64,000 nt of DNA from an uncultured delta proteobacterium (GCA_963823335.1 CAWGLD010000001.1:416001-480000), one strand, 5' to 3'. Counted from the stretch's first letter, positions 1 through 11,463 are shown. Program-made: numbers and translations. The notes: generated by a model from the sequence alone, not told the origin.

Positions 1-1169
1 ACCGACCAGAAGACCTCGGTGGGCGGAAGCTCGTCCGCGGTCATCCGGACCACGTAGTCGTTCATGGCATTGATCGGCTCGCCGTCGGTGGTGAGCACGG
101 CCGGGTAGACCGCCTCGGTGGCCGGCATGCCGATCGGGCCGAGCACCGACTGGAAGACCAGCAGGTCCAGGGACATCTGCCCCTTGGGCAGGAACTTGCC
201 GACCAGTTCCTTCTTGGCGAACTCCTTGTCGGAGGTTCTGGCCATCTCCTCGGCGAAGACCTTCTCGGAGACCTCGCGGAACTGTTTCCCGTCGATCTTC
301 GACACCTTGGCGGGATCGAACTCCTGTCCGGGCACGACGCCCAGCGGCTTGTAGGCCGCCAGCACCGCCTGGTCGAGTTCGTCGTCCGGGTCGAAGGTGG
401 TGTGGTTGAACACGAATTGCATGACTTCGAGCAGGTTGTTGCCGAAGATGTCCGCGTCCCGCTTGCCGACGTCGGGGAACTCGATGTCGTCGATCGGCTT
501 GGCCGGCTGGCCGCGCAATTCCGAGAGCGTGGCGACCTTCACCTGCTCCATCTGCCCGACGATGCGCTTGAAGCGCTCCTCGTCGCGGGCATGGGGCATG
601 ATCCGCAGGACCGCCGAAATGAAGTCGCCGCTGCACTCGAAGACCCGGTCGACTCCCTCGACCGGCTCGCCGTTGTAGCCCTCGGTGCGCGCGGTGTAGA
701 AGAGCATCTTCTCCGGCTTCTTGAAGTCGCCGAGCCGGGTCGCCATGGGGACGTTGACGTAGTGGTCGTAGCCGGTGACCATCAGCGAGACGTAGTCCGA
801 GTCGAAGGCCGGCATCTCGAGGATCACCGGGTCCTTGCGCAGGTCGAGCAGCGCGGAGATGTAGAGCGTGTCGTTGTTGGGCCGCGCGATCTCGCGCATG
901 GTGTGGTCCTTGAGCTTGGTGTCGGCGTCGATCGTGTTCCAGCCGCCCTGCTTGAGCGCGAACTTGTTGTTCACGTTGTACATGGCGACGTACTGGTAGG
1001 AGCGCCGGACGAGGTTTCTTCACTCTGGTCATCGCTTAGTTTGATTGTGTCTTGTGCCTTGGTTTCGACAGGGGGTATTTCCTGTTTGGCTAAGGTTTTT
1101 TCCTCTTTTGTGCATCCCACAAGGAGATACAAGCGCGAAACAAACGAATAATAAAGTGACTTTTTTCAT
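1..1169 (-). CDS. DUF1254/DUF1214-family exported lipoprotein; runs off the window start; two frameshifts in its 5' part
   Basis: Hand translation of the minus strand from ~1016 reads NLVRRSYQYVAMYNVNNKF...ARPNNDTLYISALLDLRKDPVILEMP (DUF1254-type PNNDTLY motif). ATG at 1169 follows GGAGG and gives MKKVTLLFVCFAL. A lipobox LLVGC lies in a third frame. Not in the ORF track. Confidence 0.75.
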
Positions 1170-1452
1170 TACATTACCTCCATCCTTTTCTGATTACTAT
1201 TTAAATTATCTGCTTATCCACTTCTACCTTCATCTTTAGTGGCAGAGAATTCAGTCAACCACCACCCTGTACATTTGTTATGACATTACACATCAAATAG
1301 TTAGGAGATTTAAAGCTATTTTTCACTCGGATTTACCACATAATCCAGATCAAGGAACCTTCAACGAGATGTTTCAGTAGGGATCACTTACGGCCGCGAA
1401 GCATCTCAATTTCGACTTTTACGGCTACAAATAGCAGTGACATCCTCCGTCG

Positions 1453-2559
1453 TCAGTGCTGATCAATGGTATTCAAAACACTCCCGGCTAACGCTCTTTC
1501 TGATGCAATCTGATCGGCAGCGGCGATGATAAGATCTGCTAACCGGTAAGCGGCCAAAGTAATGCGCCGGTGAGCCACATCCTGTAATTTCTCCCAGTAT
1601 TCGGCAGGCACTTCCGGGGCCTCTTCCACCGGGGAGATCCCTTCGAGTGCGAATTTCACCATTTTCCTTACCAACTTGTCCGTATCTTGATCCGTATCCG
1701 GGTCACTGACCGTTTCGATCCCATATCCGTAGGCAAAATCCACCGCCACCTTGTAACTCTCCCGCGCCCATTTCTCAAAAACGTCCGGCCCGCTGTAAGC
1801 GGCCAGCTCAGGGAAAGCAGAGCGCGGATACTTTTTCACCAATTCCTGCGCGTTACGGTCGATATCTTCCAATTTTTGCGACCGCAGGTTATTGCTGTCC
1901 CAAAGCATATGCAGCGGAATTGTCGACTCACCCAGAGGGTCTGCAACGTACTCAAGGGTACCCGCAGCATTTCCGGTCGGAAATTGCTTCGAAAAGCGAT
2001 CACTGACATGAAGGGGCTGGTGGATGTCGCCGACCATATGGAGCATCCAGCTCAGGGCACTGGCGCGTTCGGTAGGACTGGTTTCAGAACTCGACAGCAT
2101 GGCATAATTCAATACCAGGGCTTCGATCGCCTGTCCTGCAGGCTTACCTTTGCGAGCCGCAGCTAAAGCCTTGGTCTCGGGCGGGGCGTCTTTTTCGACA
2201 ATGGCCCAGCGGGCCGTATGCCAGGTGGGTCGATCATAGATCGTCCATTTGTTGTCGTCGGGCCAGCGTGCAGCTTCGATGAACATGCGCCGGGCGCGTT
2301 CCTTGCCCCTTGCATCTCCAGAAGCCACCCAGAATGGACTTATATCCGGATGCTTCAACATAACCAGCCCGATCTTTTCAATCAGATCGGGGCGCGCGTG
2401 TTCGATTTCGGTGAATGCGATGGCTGCGCAGGTCATGTGCGAAGGGTGGTCCCAGGCATGTACCCCGGTGGCACATGCCAAAAAGGCTACAGCCAGAATG
2501 ACGAATCCATATTCACCCGTACAACCCATGATTGTGTCCATTATTTGTAATTGGCTCAT
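1453..2559 (-). CDS. S1/P1 nuclease, probably exported
   Basis: Hydrophobic leader, then AWDHPSH, WPDD, WH, HMVGDIHQPLH and LHMLWD zinc-ligand motifs; AGGAG RBS. Confidence 0.9.
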   Translation of the reverse strand: MSQLQIMDTIMGCTGEYGFVILAVAFLACATGVHAWDHPSHMTCAAIAFTEIEHARPDLIEKIGLVMLKHPDISPFWVASGDARGKERARRMFIEAARWPDDNKWTIYDRPTWHTARWAIVEKDAPPETKALAAARKGKPAGQAIEALVLNYAMLSSSETSPTERASALSWMLHMVGDIHQPLHVSDRFSKQFPTGNAAGTLEYVADPLGESTIPLHMLWDSNNLRSQKLEDIDRNAQELVKKYPRSAFPELAAYSGPDVFEKWARESYKVAVDFAYGYGIETVSDPDTDQDTDKLVRKMVKFALEGISPVEEAPEVPAEYWEKLQDVAHRRITLAAYRLADLIIAAADQIASERALAGSVLNTIDQH

Positions 2560-2608
2560 CTTGATGATCTCCTTTCTTTGCTGGCTCTTTTAATCTTGAT
2601 TAGGGTCT

Positions 2609-2836
2609 AATTCCCCACGGCTTGCCGCGAGTCGTCATTCCGGCGAAAGCCGAGCACGAAGTGAAGCTTTAGCGCTATCCAGAAATATAAACTGGATGCC
2701 GGATCACGTCCGGCATGACAAGAGATCCCCCGTAGCTTGCTGCGGGGTAGTTCATTTCATCATTATCCGGCGAGCGTGAAAACTCTGGCGCTTTCGCGGG
2801 AATGACAACCTTAACCTATTTAATTGCCGGAGTAAT
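2609..2836. repeat. Cluster of REP-like/palindromic repeats
   Basis: GTCATTCCGGCGAAAGCCG...CTGGATGCCGGATCACGTCCGGCATGAC unit, a CCCCGTAGCTTGCTGCGGGG hairpin, and ATTATCCGGC...GCCGGAGTAAT inverted ends. Confidence 0.7.
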
Positions 2837-2854
2837 ATCATGTTTTGAGAATAT

Positions 2855-4573
2855 TTAACGATGCAAGACCTCGCTTAACGGGACGCCAGTTGCTCCGGAA
2901 GGAGATTTCACCCTCAGGTATTTTGAAAGCGTTAATGCAATGTCCACAGTCTGGACTTCCCGGAAAACAGTTTGGGCTTCCAGGTCATTTCCGGCAAAAA
3001 TAATGGGAACAAATGTATCATAACGCCAGGGGGAACCATGGGTACTGGCGACCGTTAACCCGTCAAAATCGTTTACAAACCAGTGGGGTTCGAGAACCAG
3101 GTAGATATCTCCGGAGCGTTTCGGATTAAAGTTACGAAGTATCTGCCGATACAGCCGGGTATCCGGAATCTTTCCTTCTACCAGGTCAATGCTTGGAACC
3201 GCATAAGCAACCCCTTTAAATTTAGCGAGTTCTTCGGCAATGGCCCGTGACACTTCATTCTCATCCAGTTTGTGCTTCCGTATTATCTCATTATTCAGAT
3301 AAATATACGGATGACTGAACCCGGATATAAGCTCCTGGGCGATACCGTATTTCGATTTTATTTTTTCAATGGCCTTTTCTTTATCCAGGCTGTCTACGAC
3401 AAAATACTGCGCATCAATACCGAATTCATTGAGCTGAGCCGGGACCGCAGCCGCACCATGGTCGGCGGAAAAAACAATGAGGGTATTTTTCAGCCCCACC
3501 TGTTTATCAATAAAGGCGAATAATTCGGACAGGGTTTTGTCGAGATGCAGCAGATTGTCTTCGCTTTCCAGGCTGGACGGGCCGAACATATGACCCACAT
3601 AATCCGTGGAAGAAAAACTGATGGACAAGTAATCGGTGATCTCATCTTTGCCCAGATCTTCCTTAACAACCAGCTCCTGAGCAAACTGGAGGCATAACTC
3701 ATCACCTGCGGGGCTGCAGGTGAGCAGCGTTGTGAACAACTTGCCGTCCGCCTTGCCAAACGGATGCGGAAACACGACACCATAGCCGGGAAGGTTGGTT
3801 TCATAGGGCATATCATCGAAGTCGCCGTAGGTGTATGTTGACTTGTCATGCATCAGTTCCCAGTTTGTATCGGCATACGCCATCGGAACCTTTTTTTGAT
3901 TCCACTCATCAACCCATTGGGGATACGCATCGTAATAATAAGTGCTTGTAACAAACGCCCCTTTTGCCTTGGAAAACCAGAACGCTTTTCCCGCGTGGCC
4001 TGCCAGGGTGACCGCCCCGCGGTCTTTCACCGACACCCCGAATATTTTGGCTTTACCGTGGGTCCTTAACGCCAGTTCATCGCTGAATGTGGTGGTCAAC
4101 ATTGCTGCAGGGGATCGGCCTTCCGTTCCTGCCAGTTTCTGGGTGGGATCGAGTTCCGCATTTTTATCCACACCGCCGCCTTCACCGACCATCTGGTAGC
4201 GGTCATCTTCGATGTTGTAGACCGTCCGGTTGAGTTCCTTATCAAACCAGATATTGCCGATCATGCCGTGATCAGCAGGATCCGCGCCGGTTGCCAGCGT
4301 CGCATGCCCCACCACGGTTTCGGTATTGGCATGGCGGTGATGCGCGTTTTCATATACGATCCCTTTTTCGTACAAATAACGGAAACCGCCTTTTCCCCAT
4401 CGGTCGTAAACGGATCCGGGCATGTCACCCCTTAACTGATCAATCGTAATCTGAAGAATCAGTTTTGGAGATTTTGAGAGATTCCCCTGAGCGCTGGCAT
4501 TTGCAACGGGCAGTGACAGGATGAGGGCCGTTATTACAATCGGTATGTTTAAATATTTTTTTACTGAGTCCAT
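2855..4573 (-). CDS. Alkaline phosphatase family protein (PafA/PhoK-like, nucleotide pyrophosphatase superfamily)
   Basis: Signal peptide; ITIDQLRGD, TETVVGHATLATG, SVKDRGA, DYVGH, SADHG and THGSPW motifs. Confidence 0.9.
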   Translation of the reverse strand: MDSVKKYLNIPIVITALILSLPVANASAQGNLSKSPKLILQITIDQLRGDMPGSVYDRWGKGGFRYLYEKGIVYENAHHRHANTETVVGHATLATGADPADHGMIGNIWFDKELNRTVYNIEDDRYQMVGEGGGVDKNAELDPTQKLAGTEGRSPAAMLTTTFSDELALRTHGKAKIFGVSVKDRGAVTLAGHAGKAFWFSKAKGAFVTSTYYYDAYPQWVDEWNQKKVPMAYADTNWELMHDKSTYTYGDFDDMPYETNLPGYGVVFPHPFGKADGKLFTTLLTCSPAGDELCLQFAQELVVKEDLGKDEITDYLSISFSSTDYVGHMFGPSSLESEDNLLHLDKTLSELFAFIDKQVGLKNTLIVFSADHGAAAVPAQLNEFGIDAQYFVVDSLDKEKAIEKIKSKYGIAQELISGFSHPYIYLNNEIIRKHKLDENEVSRAIAEELAKFKGVAYAVPSIDLVEGKIPDTRLYRQILRNFNPKRSGDIYLVLEPHWFVNDFDGLTVASTHGSPWRYDTFVPIIFAGNDLEAQTVFREVQTVDIALTLSKYLRVKSPSGATGVPLSEVLHR

Positions 4574-4713
4574 AAATCCTCCAATTTTAAGGTTCTTGAA
4601 GTTTTCTTTTATTTAAAATGCTTATCGGCTTCCCACAATACCCTATATCTGAAAGCTCCAATCTATCTTTATTCTTCTTCATTTTAGTTTTACCCTAACT
4701 CGAAAAAATGATT

Positions 4714-4794
4714 AGTCAAAGGAGACGGCACGTCTCCATAAAGTTCAGGTTCGGAACCGCGTGCCGAGCACACGGTTTGTAGAACAATCAATGC
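4714..4794. repeat. ~80 bp two-hairpin repeat, family A, copy 1
   Basis: GTCAAAGGAGACGGCACGTCTCC..AAGTTCAGGTTCGGAACCGCGTGCCGAGCACACGGTTTGTAGAACAATCAA; near-identical at 13565 and 25185. Confidence 0.9.
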
Positions 4795-5174
4795 AAATCA
4801 CCACTTCAGGAACAGTCTTCATTCAAGCATCCCATAATTTCACACGCCAGGCTTTGGATAAGTTCACCGTATTCTTTCCTGCGTGCTACGGCTTCATCAG
4901 AGTTCATATTATTCCAATGCGTTAGCGCATTAACACATACCTGGTAATCTCCACATATACTTTGAAAGGACACATTCCTATTGAAAAGCTCTGTTGGAAT
5001 GTCTTTAAATTCTGGAAACCGTTTTATAACTAAAAAAGGCAGGCTTGACGATTAAAATGGTATCTTATATATATCAACACGTCATATAGTTTAGGTTAAA
5101 CTAGGGTTATATTAAGCCACGAACCCTTTATCATTTTCAATGCTTGTTTTTAACCAGAAGAAAAACGTAAGACT

Positions 5175-6779
5175 ATGCCAAGAGACAGAATCTTCACCAT
5201 GGACCACACCGAGGCATTGGAACCCCCGAACCACGCGCTGATCCAAAGCCAGATGCGAAAAATTTTGTCCAGCGATGAATTCGACGCTACAGAACAGCAG
5301 CGTAATTTTTTTAAATTTGTTATTGAAGAAACACTTGCGGGGCGACAAGATATCATCAAAGGTTACACAATCGCCACCCAGGTACTTGGCCGGTTACCGG
5401 ATTTCAATGCATCGGCAGATCCCATTGTAAGTGTGCAGGCGAGCAAACTGCGCCGATCTCTGGAGCGATATTATCTGATTGCAGGACATCGAGACCCCGT
5501 GCGGATCGATATCCCCAAGGGTAGATATGTGCCGACCTTTACCGAACAAGCCGTCGCCGAACCGGATGCGGTGTTGAAAAAAAGGCAATGAGAAACGACA
5601 TGGCGGCTTCATGGCCATCCGTGCTGGTCCTGCCTTTTAAAAACATGACAGGAGACCCGGGTAAAGATATACTGGGGATAGGTTTTTCGAGAGAATTGGC
5701 TGTTGAGTTTGGCCGTTTCCAGGAGATAGCGGTGCTATTTCCTTTAGAAGGAGCCATAGAAACAGGTTCAGCCAATACATCCCGATTTGTCCTGAGCGGC
5801 AGCGTTTACGAACACGGCAACGGGATAAAGATCATTGCTCATATGGTCGATACGCAAACCGGTAAACAAGTATGGGGAGATTCCCACAAATCAAATCTCG
5901 ACGTCGGGAAATTTCACGCCTTCCAAGATAAGGTCGTTCCTGTAATGGCCGCCAAAATCGGTGGTGAAGTCGGCATCATTCCAAAGCTTTTGTCCATCGA
6001 ATCGAGAAACAAGGCACCCATCGAAATCAGTACGTATGAGGCCATTCTGCGGTGTTACGAATACGAACAGACCCTCGCCCCTGAAAGCTTCTTGAGAGCG
6101 ATGGAAGCATTGAAACAAGCGAGAAATACCGAGCCGGAATGCGACCAAATCTGGAGTTTGTCGGCCCGCCTGTATGGGATTATCTACAGCCTGGATATAC
6201 CCGGTTTCGAGAATCCTCTTGAAAAGGCAATCGCGTATGCTGAAAAGAGTGTTCGCATGAACCCGGACAATCAACGAAACGTGGCCATTTTGGCCTACAT
6301 TCGCTTTCACAGCAATGAACTGTCGGCTGCCATCATCGAAGCTGACCGGGCACTTGAACTTAACCCCAATTCTTTGTTCGTTATGGATAGCCTTGCCTTT
6401 ATCATGACGCTTTCGGGCGAATGGGAACGTGGGACCGCATTGGCGAGGAAAGCCATCAGACGCAATCCATACCATAGATCGATTGCACATAATGCACTGT
6501 GGGTCGATTACCTGCGCCAGGGGGATTATGACCTTGCGTACATAGAAACCATGAGTCGTCGTCGGTCGGCCTCATTTCTGGTATCATCTGGCTAAAGCCT
6601 CGACCCTGGGCCTGTTGGGCAGAATCGAAGAAGGAATAAAATATAGTGAAAATTTGCTCGAATTAAGGCCTGATTTCCCGAGCAAGGGCCATATTCTAAT
6701 CAGGCACTATATCAAGTTTGAAGAAATCGTACACTGCATCGTTGACGGTCTTGAAGCGGCTGGGTTGCGTATCGAATAA
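5175..6779 (+). pseudogene. TolB-like/TPR 'adenylate cyclase-like' regulator, split by two frameshifts
   Basis: N-domain (FFKFVIEETLAG...ADPIVSVQASKLRRSLERYY...IPKGRYVP), then SVLVLPF and TPR repeats. The C-terminus (FWYHLAKAS...GLEAAGLRIE*) is in another frame ending at 6779. Breaks near the A-run at ~5580 and at ~6575. Confidence 0.7.
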
Positions 6780-7043
6780 TGACGAAAAATATAGAAACAG
6801 GAAAACATACAAACAGAAGCAACGTTGTAAATAGCTGCCCCCTTGACCCCATACAAGCCATCCTGTATATTCACTCCCGTCGTCGATTTTCCGAAAAGGA
6901 ATGAATCCTTTAGCATTTAAGCCTGGAGATTCGTATGATCCCACCCAACATCAACAAAAAAAATGTTCTTGCTGGGTGTTGACTCCAGATCGATAGACTG
7001 TTGACAAGGGAGCCCTGGTATTCCCTTAAGCCGAGAATGTTCC

Positions 7044-8571
7044 ATGAGAAATAAGACCGCCACTGGAAGTAGGAAACGCTCGTATATTATCTGGATAATT
7101 GGCTGTATAATGGCCGTAGTAGGCTTATACGCCTGTGGCGGCGATCGACCGCCACTGGAGCCCTGGCATTCTGCCAACCTGACGGAGGAATACGCGTCGG
7201 ACAAATCGGATGAAATTCAAACCTTTGATGATTATCGGCAACTGGAAGACAAGCTGTTTGCGCAACTGGAAGATAAAGTCTACGCCCGCACTGAAACAGG
7301 ATTAGATAATGCACTCGTTCGTTACAGTTCAGGCAGTGCGGCTGATCCTGAACTCCGCAAACCCAATTGGAATCACAGTTTTGAGTTGCCGGCCAGATGA
7401 ACCTTCAGGTGGGGTGTTGTTGCTGCATGGCATGACTGACTCACCGTACACCCTCCGGGCCCTGGGTGAAGCACTTAATAAGCATCATTACTGGGTCGTT
7501 GGCCCACGGTTGCCGGGCCACGGGACTGCGCCTTCAGGGCTCAGGAATATCACATGGGAGGACATGGCCAGCGTAATTCAGTTGAGTGTTAAGCACCTTG
7601 CCTCCAAGGTGGCCGAAAGCCGATTCACATTGTCGGGTTTTCAACCGGAGCGGCGCTGGCCTTGAACTTCACCCTCGATGCATTGGAAGGCAATATATCG
7701 CCTGTCCCCTCCAGTTTGGTGCTGATTTCTCCGGCTATCGGTATCCATCCGCTGGCCGGTTTGGCTGCACTGAAAAACGGTTTATCCTACATTCCGGGTC
7801 TGGGGCGCATGGCTTGGCTATCGATCCAGCCAGAGTTCGACCCTTATAAATACAACTCATTTGCCACCAATGCCGGAACCCAGGTGCATCGTGTGACCCG
7901 CTCTGTGGCCAGGCGCATTGGCCGGTGGTCGAATTCCGGCGCGCCCAAAACGTTTCCACCGACGCTGGTTTTTCTATCGACAGTCGATGCAACCGTAACA
8001 GCACGGGCAGTGGTTGAAAGTTTTCTCAGACCCCTGGGGCCTCATGGCCAGGAACTTGTTTTGTTCGATATTAATCGCTTTGTGGCGAATGACTTGTTGA
8101 CGATCAATGACCCAGGCCCGTTGACCGCTAAGCTTATGGCAGATGAAACGTTGCCCTTTGCCATTACATTTGTCACGAACGAAAACCAGGAGAGTATCCA
8201 GGTTGTCGCTCGACACAAAGACCCGTTTTCTCCTGTAGCACCCGAGCAAGATTTACTGGGTATTGCTGGGCCGACGGGTGTGATCTCATTGTCGCATGTG
8301 GCCCTGCCCTTTCCACCTGATGATCCGCTTTACGGGCGTCGCCCTCCGGACGATGAGGGGATCCTGTTTACTGGGACAGATCGCCATCCAGGGTGAGCTC
8401 GGACTGCTGAAGATCCCTTACGACTGGCTGGTGCGTCTGCGGCACAACCCGTTTTATGAATACCTGGAGAGCCGGACGGTGGCGTGGATGAAAAGGGCTG
8501 GTGAAAACCAGTCAGCTGTCGGTGAATGGTTTGAAGACATGTCATTGATCACTACAGGAGGCAAGCAATGA
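7044..8571 (+). pseudogene. Alpha/beta hydrolase (lysophospholipase-like) split into 4 overlapping ORFs
   Basis: Successive frames give LLLHGMTDSPY, LPGHGT, IVGFSTGA (nucleophile elbow, read by hand at ~7630), DATV and SLSHVALP; about 3 frameshifts. Confidence 0.7.
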
Positions 8572-9593
8572 ATCTCAGAAGAGCACTGAGGGCGGGAATA
8601 TTTCTGACAGTTCTTTTTGGTGGGCTTGTCTGTTACGTTCTAGCCACTGCCGCAGACAATGCACCGGACAAGGCTGCTGTGCAGGATTGTCTGTTCAAGG
8701 CGCTGGAAACTGCCCCGGACGGGACGACCATCGATGAGCTGCGGGCCCAGTGCCAGGCGGAAAAGCCAACAGAAGCCGATACAGAGGATGAAGGCCTTTT
8801 AGCGTCGAGACTCTACACCGATGCCGATGTATTGCGGCCCTTTACCCTCATGGCCCACAAACCCAATTATATCCTGGTGGCCTGCTACAACAACTCCCCG
8901 AACAATAGCCCGTGGCGTGAAGGATTCAAGGATTCTGAACCTGAATTGGATAATGTCGAGACCCAGTTCCAGGTCAGCATCAAGATCCCCTTGGCCATCG
9001 ATCTGTTCAACAAAAAGGTGGACATCTTTGGCGGCTATACGGTGCGGTCATACTGGCAGACATACAACAAAGATCTTTCTGAGTTCTTCCGGGAGACCAA
9101 CTACTCTCCGGAAGCCTGGGTGCAGGTCCGCAACGACTGGTCTTTTTGGGGGATTAAGAACACCATGTATGGGTTTGGTTTTGTGCATCAGTCCAACGGC
9201 AGAAACGACCCCATATCCAGAAGCTGGAACCGGATCTTTGCCACGTTTGTTTTTGAAAAAGGCAACCTGGCATTCAGTATTAAGCCGTGGTACCGGATCC
9301 CGGAGGCTGACAAAGACGACGACAATTCGGACATCACCGATTATATGGGACATGGCGAGATAGGAGCCGCCTATAAGTGGCATCGTAACACGTTTGCAGT
9401 TTTGTCGCGCAACAACCTGGAGTCCGGTTTCAAAAAGGGGGGGGTCGAGGCATCCTGGAGTTTTCCCCTCGGAAATTACAAGTATCTCAAGGGATATATC
9501 CAGGGGTTTACCGGCTACGGTCAGAGCCTGATTGATTACGACTCCAAAGAAACCAGCATCGGTATCGGTTTTGCGATGACCGACTTTCTGTAA
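8568..9593 (+). CDS. pldA: Outer membrane phospholipase A1 (OMPLA)
   Basis: FQVSIK, FRETNYSPE, HQSNG, SRSWNR and GYGQSLIDY motifs. Confidence 0.92.
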   Translation: MNLRRALRAGIFLTVLFGGLVCYVLATAADNAPDKAAVQDCLFKALETAPDGTTIDELRAQCQAEKPTEADTEDEGLLASRLYTDADVLRPFTLMAHKPNYILVACYNNSPNNSPWREGFKDSEPELDNVETQFQVSIKIPLAIDLFNKKVDIFGGYTVRSYWQTYNKDLSEFFRETNYSPEAWVQVRNDWSFWGIKNTMYGFGFVHQSNGRNDPISRSWNRIFATFVFEKGNLAFSIKPWYRIPEADKDDDNSDITDYMGHGEIGAAYKWHRNTFAVLSRNNLESGFKKGGVEASWSFPLGNYKYLKGYIQGFTGYGQSLIDYDSKETSIGIGFAMTDFL

Positions 9594-9633
9594 CACAGCA
9601 AGATATCGATGGCGTCGACCACTATATTCATCT

Positions 9634-10343
9634 TAGAGCGTTTGTCATAATAACGTTCCGATAGCGGCAGTTATTTGAGTCCGCGAGGGATTATAAATGA
9701 CATCTAATATGGCCTGATCCAAACGCTCTAATAGTTGTTCTTCGTTTTTACAAAGATGTCTACATCCGGTTGATTCAATAACTGCTTGAGCTCTTGCAAA
9801 AAATTTCACGTAATTGCTCACCCTGTTTGTCCGGCCAGGGTTGAGGCATCTTTAACGCATAGCCTTGCTTGTGAAAAAACCGTACGACCGTCTCATAGCT
9901 GCATTCGATCTGGTACGCCTCACTGATGTAGCCATGAAATGCTTTGGCCGTCCAAAAAGTTCGGTCTGCTTGTTGCGGCTGATCTATCAGAACTGCCAGT
10001 TCCAAGGCCTGGTGATCTTTGATGATGGTCATTCTTCCCGGTCTCTTTTTGACAATCAGTCCGTCAACACCAGAATGATTAAAACCGTTAATCCATTTTC
10101 TTACTATGCGACTGGTGACCAACAAAGTATCACAAACAAGCTGTCTACTGGCGCCTGCTAAAAGCATTTGAATTGCAGTACAGCGTGTTGCCGTTTCGTT
10201 AGAACTAATCCGGGAAACCTGTTTAAGCTCTTGAATGGTTGCGTTTTCCGGGTACGGTATGAGTAAAGGTTGTGCCATATTCTTCAATATGGCATATCGT
10301 TCCGTAAAAGTCTAGATTTTTTGTTGATGAAATCAACACTATA
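9634..10343 (-). mobile_element. IS630-family element, internally deleted (HTH region and extreme C-terminus of the transposase kept, DDE domain lost)
   Basis: ORF 9775-10287 is an IS630-type HTH/winged-helix region. A C-terminal remnant HLCKNEEQLLERLDQAILDVIYNPSRTQITAAIGTLL* ends at 9645. Ends are TAGAGCGTTTGTCA and TATAGTGTTGATTTCA with flanking TA. Confidence 0.8.
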
Positions 10344-10440
10344 GCGGTTGTCACAATCTGAATAATTTCAACCGGTACGTGAACACATCGTTGCCGGATT
10401 GAAAATTAGACCAAACGGAACATATTTATGACAACCGCTT
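10340..10440. mobile_element. IS630-related MITE
   Basis: Terminal inverted repeats AGCGGTTGTCA...TGACAACCGCT; right end CGGAACATATTTATGACAACCGCT resembles the adjacent IS630 end. Confidence 0.65.
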
Positions 10441-10641
10441 CCAATCAACGTTTCACGCGCACAGTGGCAGCTGAAAGACGGTTATGTGGTTGTACTTGTG
10501 GAACTACACGATGTCAATTATGAGGGGTCGACCTACCTCCTGGCCTATGATCCGAAAACGGACCGGCTGGCCGGCATCTATTTTCAAGCGCTGTTGAAAC
10601 AACAGTTTGAGGTGGTATTTCAAAGAACAAAACACAAATAG
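10441..10641 (+). pseudogene. 3' fragment of a hypothetical protein, truncated at the MITE boundary
   Basis: Hand translation PINVSRAQWQLKDGYVVVLVELHDVNYEGSTYLLAYDPKTDRLAGIYFQALLKQQFEVVFQRTKHK*; no start codon; begins right at the MITE end. Confidence 0.6.
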
Positions 10642-10868
10642 CTCGCATGCAGGGCTCAAAACCGAAACGTGACATCGAAGTAAAATGGCAGATACAGTAT
10701 GGAATATTTGAGAGAAAAGTAGCCAAAGTGGTAATTTTTGGGCAGGATATAAAAAGAGTTCTAGGGTAACGGAAGGCAATAAGCGGTAAGCTCTTTAGTA
10801 CTTGAAGCTTACCGCTTATTGCTTATCTTATGATCTTTCATCCCTGATCTTAATTGGATGGCTTGTGC

Positions 10869-11444
10869 TTACCAGTTTTCGCCTAACAACTCAAAATGTG
10901 CCTTGGGATGGGCGCAGGCAGGACACATTTCCGGTGCTTCCGTGCCTTCGGCCAGATAGCCACAGTTTCTGCAGCGCCACACAACGACCTGGTCTCTTTT
11001 GAATACCCGATCAGCCTCGATATTGCCGGCCAGATCCACATAGCGTTTTTCGTGCTGTTTCTCGGCCACAGAAACCATTTCCCAGACCATGGCGGCGGCC
11101 GCAAAGCCTTCGTCTTTGGCGATCTTGGCAAACCCGGGGTAAATTTCGGTATGCTCGGCGTGCTCTCCGGCAGCGGCAGCCTTTAGATTCTCAAGTGTGG
11201 ACCCGACGACACCGGCCGGAAATCCGGCCGTGATTTCCAGTTCCCCGCCTTCCAGAAGGCTGAAAAACCGCTTGGCATGTTCTTTTTCCTGGTTGGCCGT
11301 CTCTGCAAAAATATCCGAAATCTGGACATACCCGTCTTTTTTGGCCTTGCTCGCAAAGTAGGTGTATCGATTCCGGGCCTGGGATTCACCTGCAAAAGAT
11401 TTGAGCAGGTTCTTTTCTGTTTGACTACCTTTCAATTCTGCCAT
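10869..11444 (-). CDS. rbr: Rubrerythrin
   Basis: FAGESQARNRY, EKEHA and EKQHE diiron ligands; C-terminal CRNCG...CPACAH; start MAELKGS after AGGAGG. Confidence 0.96.
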   Translation of the reverse strand: MAELKGSQTEKNLLKSFAGESQARNRYTYFASKAKKDGYVQISDIFAETANQEKEHAKRFFSLLEGGELEITAGFPAGVVGSTLENLKAAAAGEHAEHTEIYPGFAKIAKDEGFAAAAMVWEMVSVAEKQHEKRYVDLAGNIEADRVFKRDQVVVWRCRNCGYLAEGTEAPEMCPACAHPKAHFELLGENW

Positions 11445-11463
11445 TTGTTTCCTCCTTATTGGT

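Noticed and set aside
402-1151. 249 aa plus-strand ORF
   Set aside because: Antisense shadow of the GC-rich DUF1254 gene; no recognisable motifs
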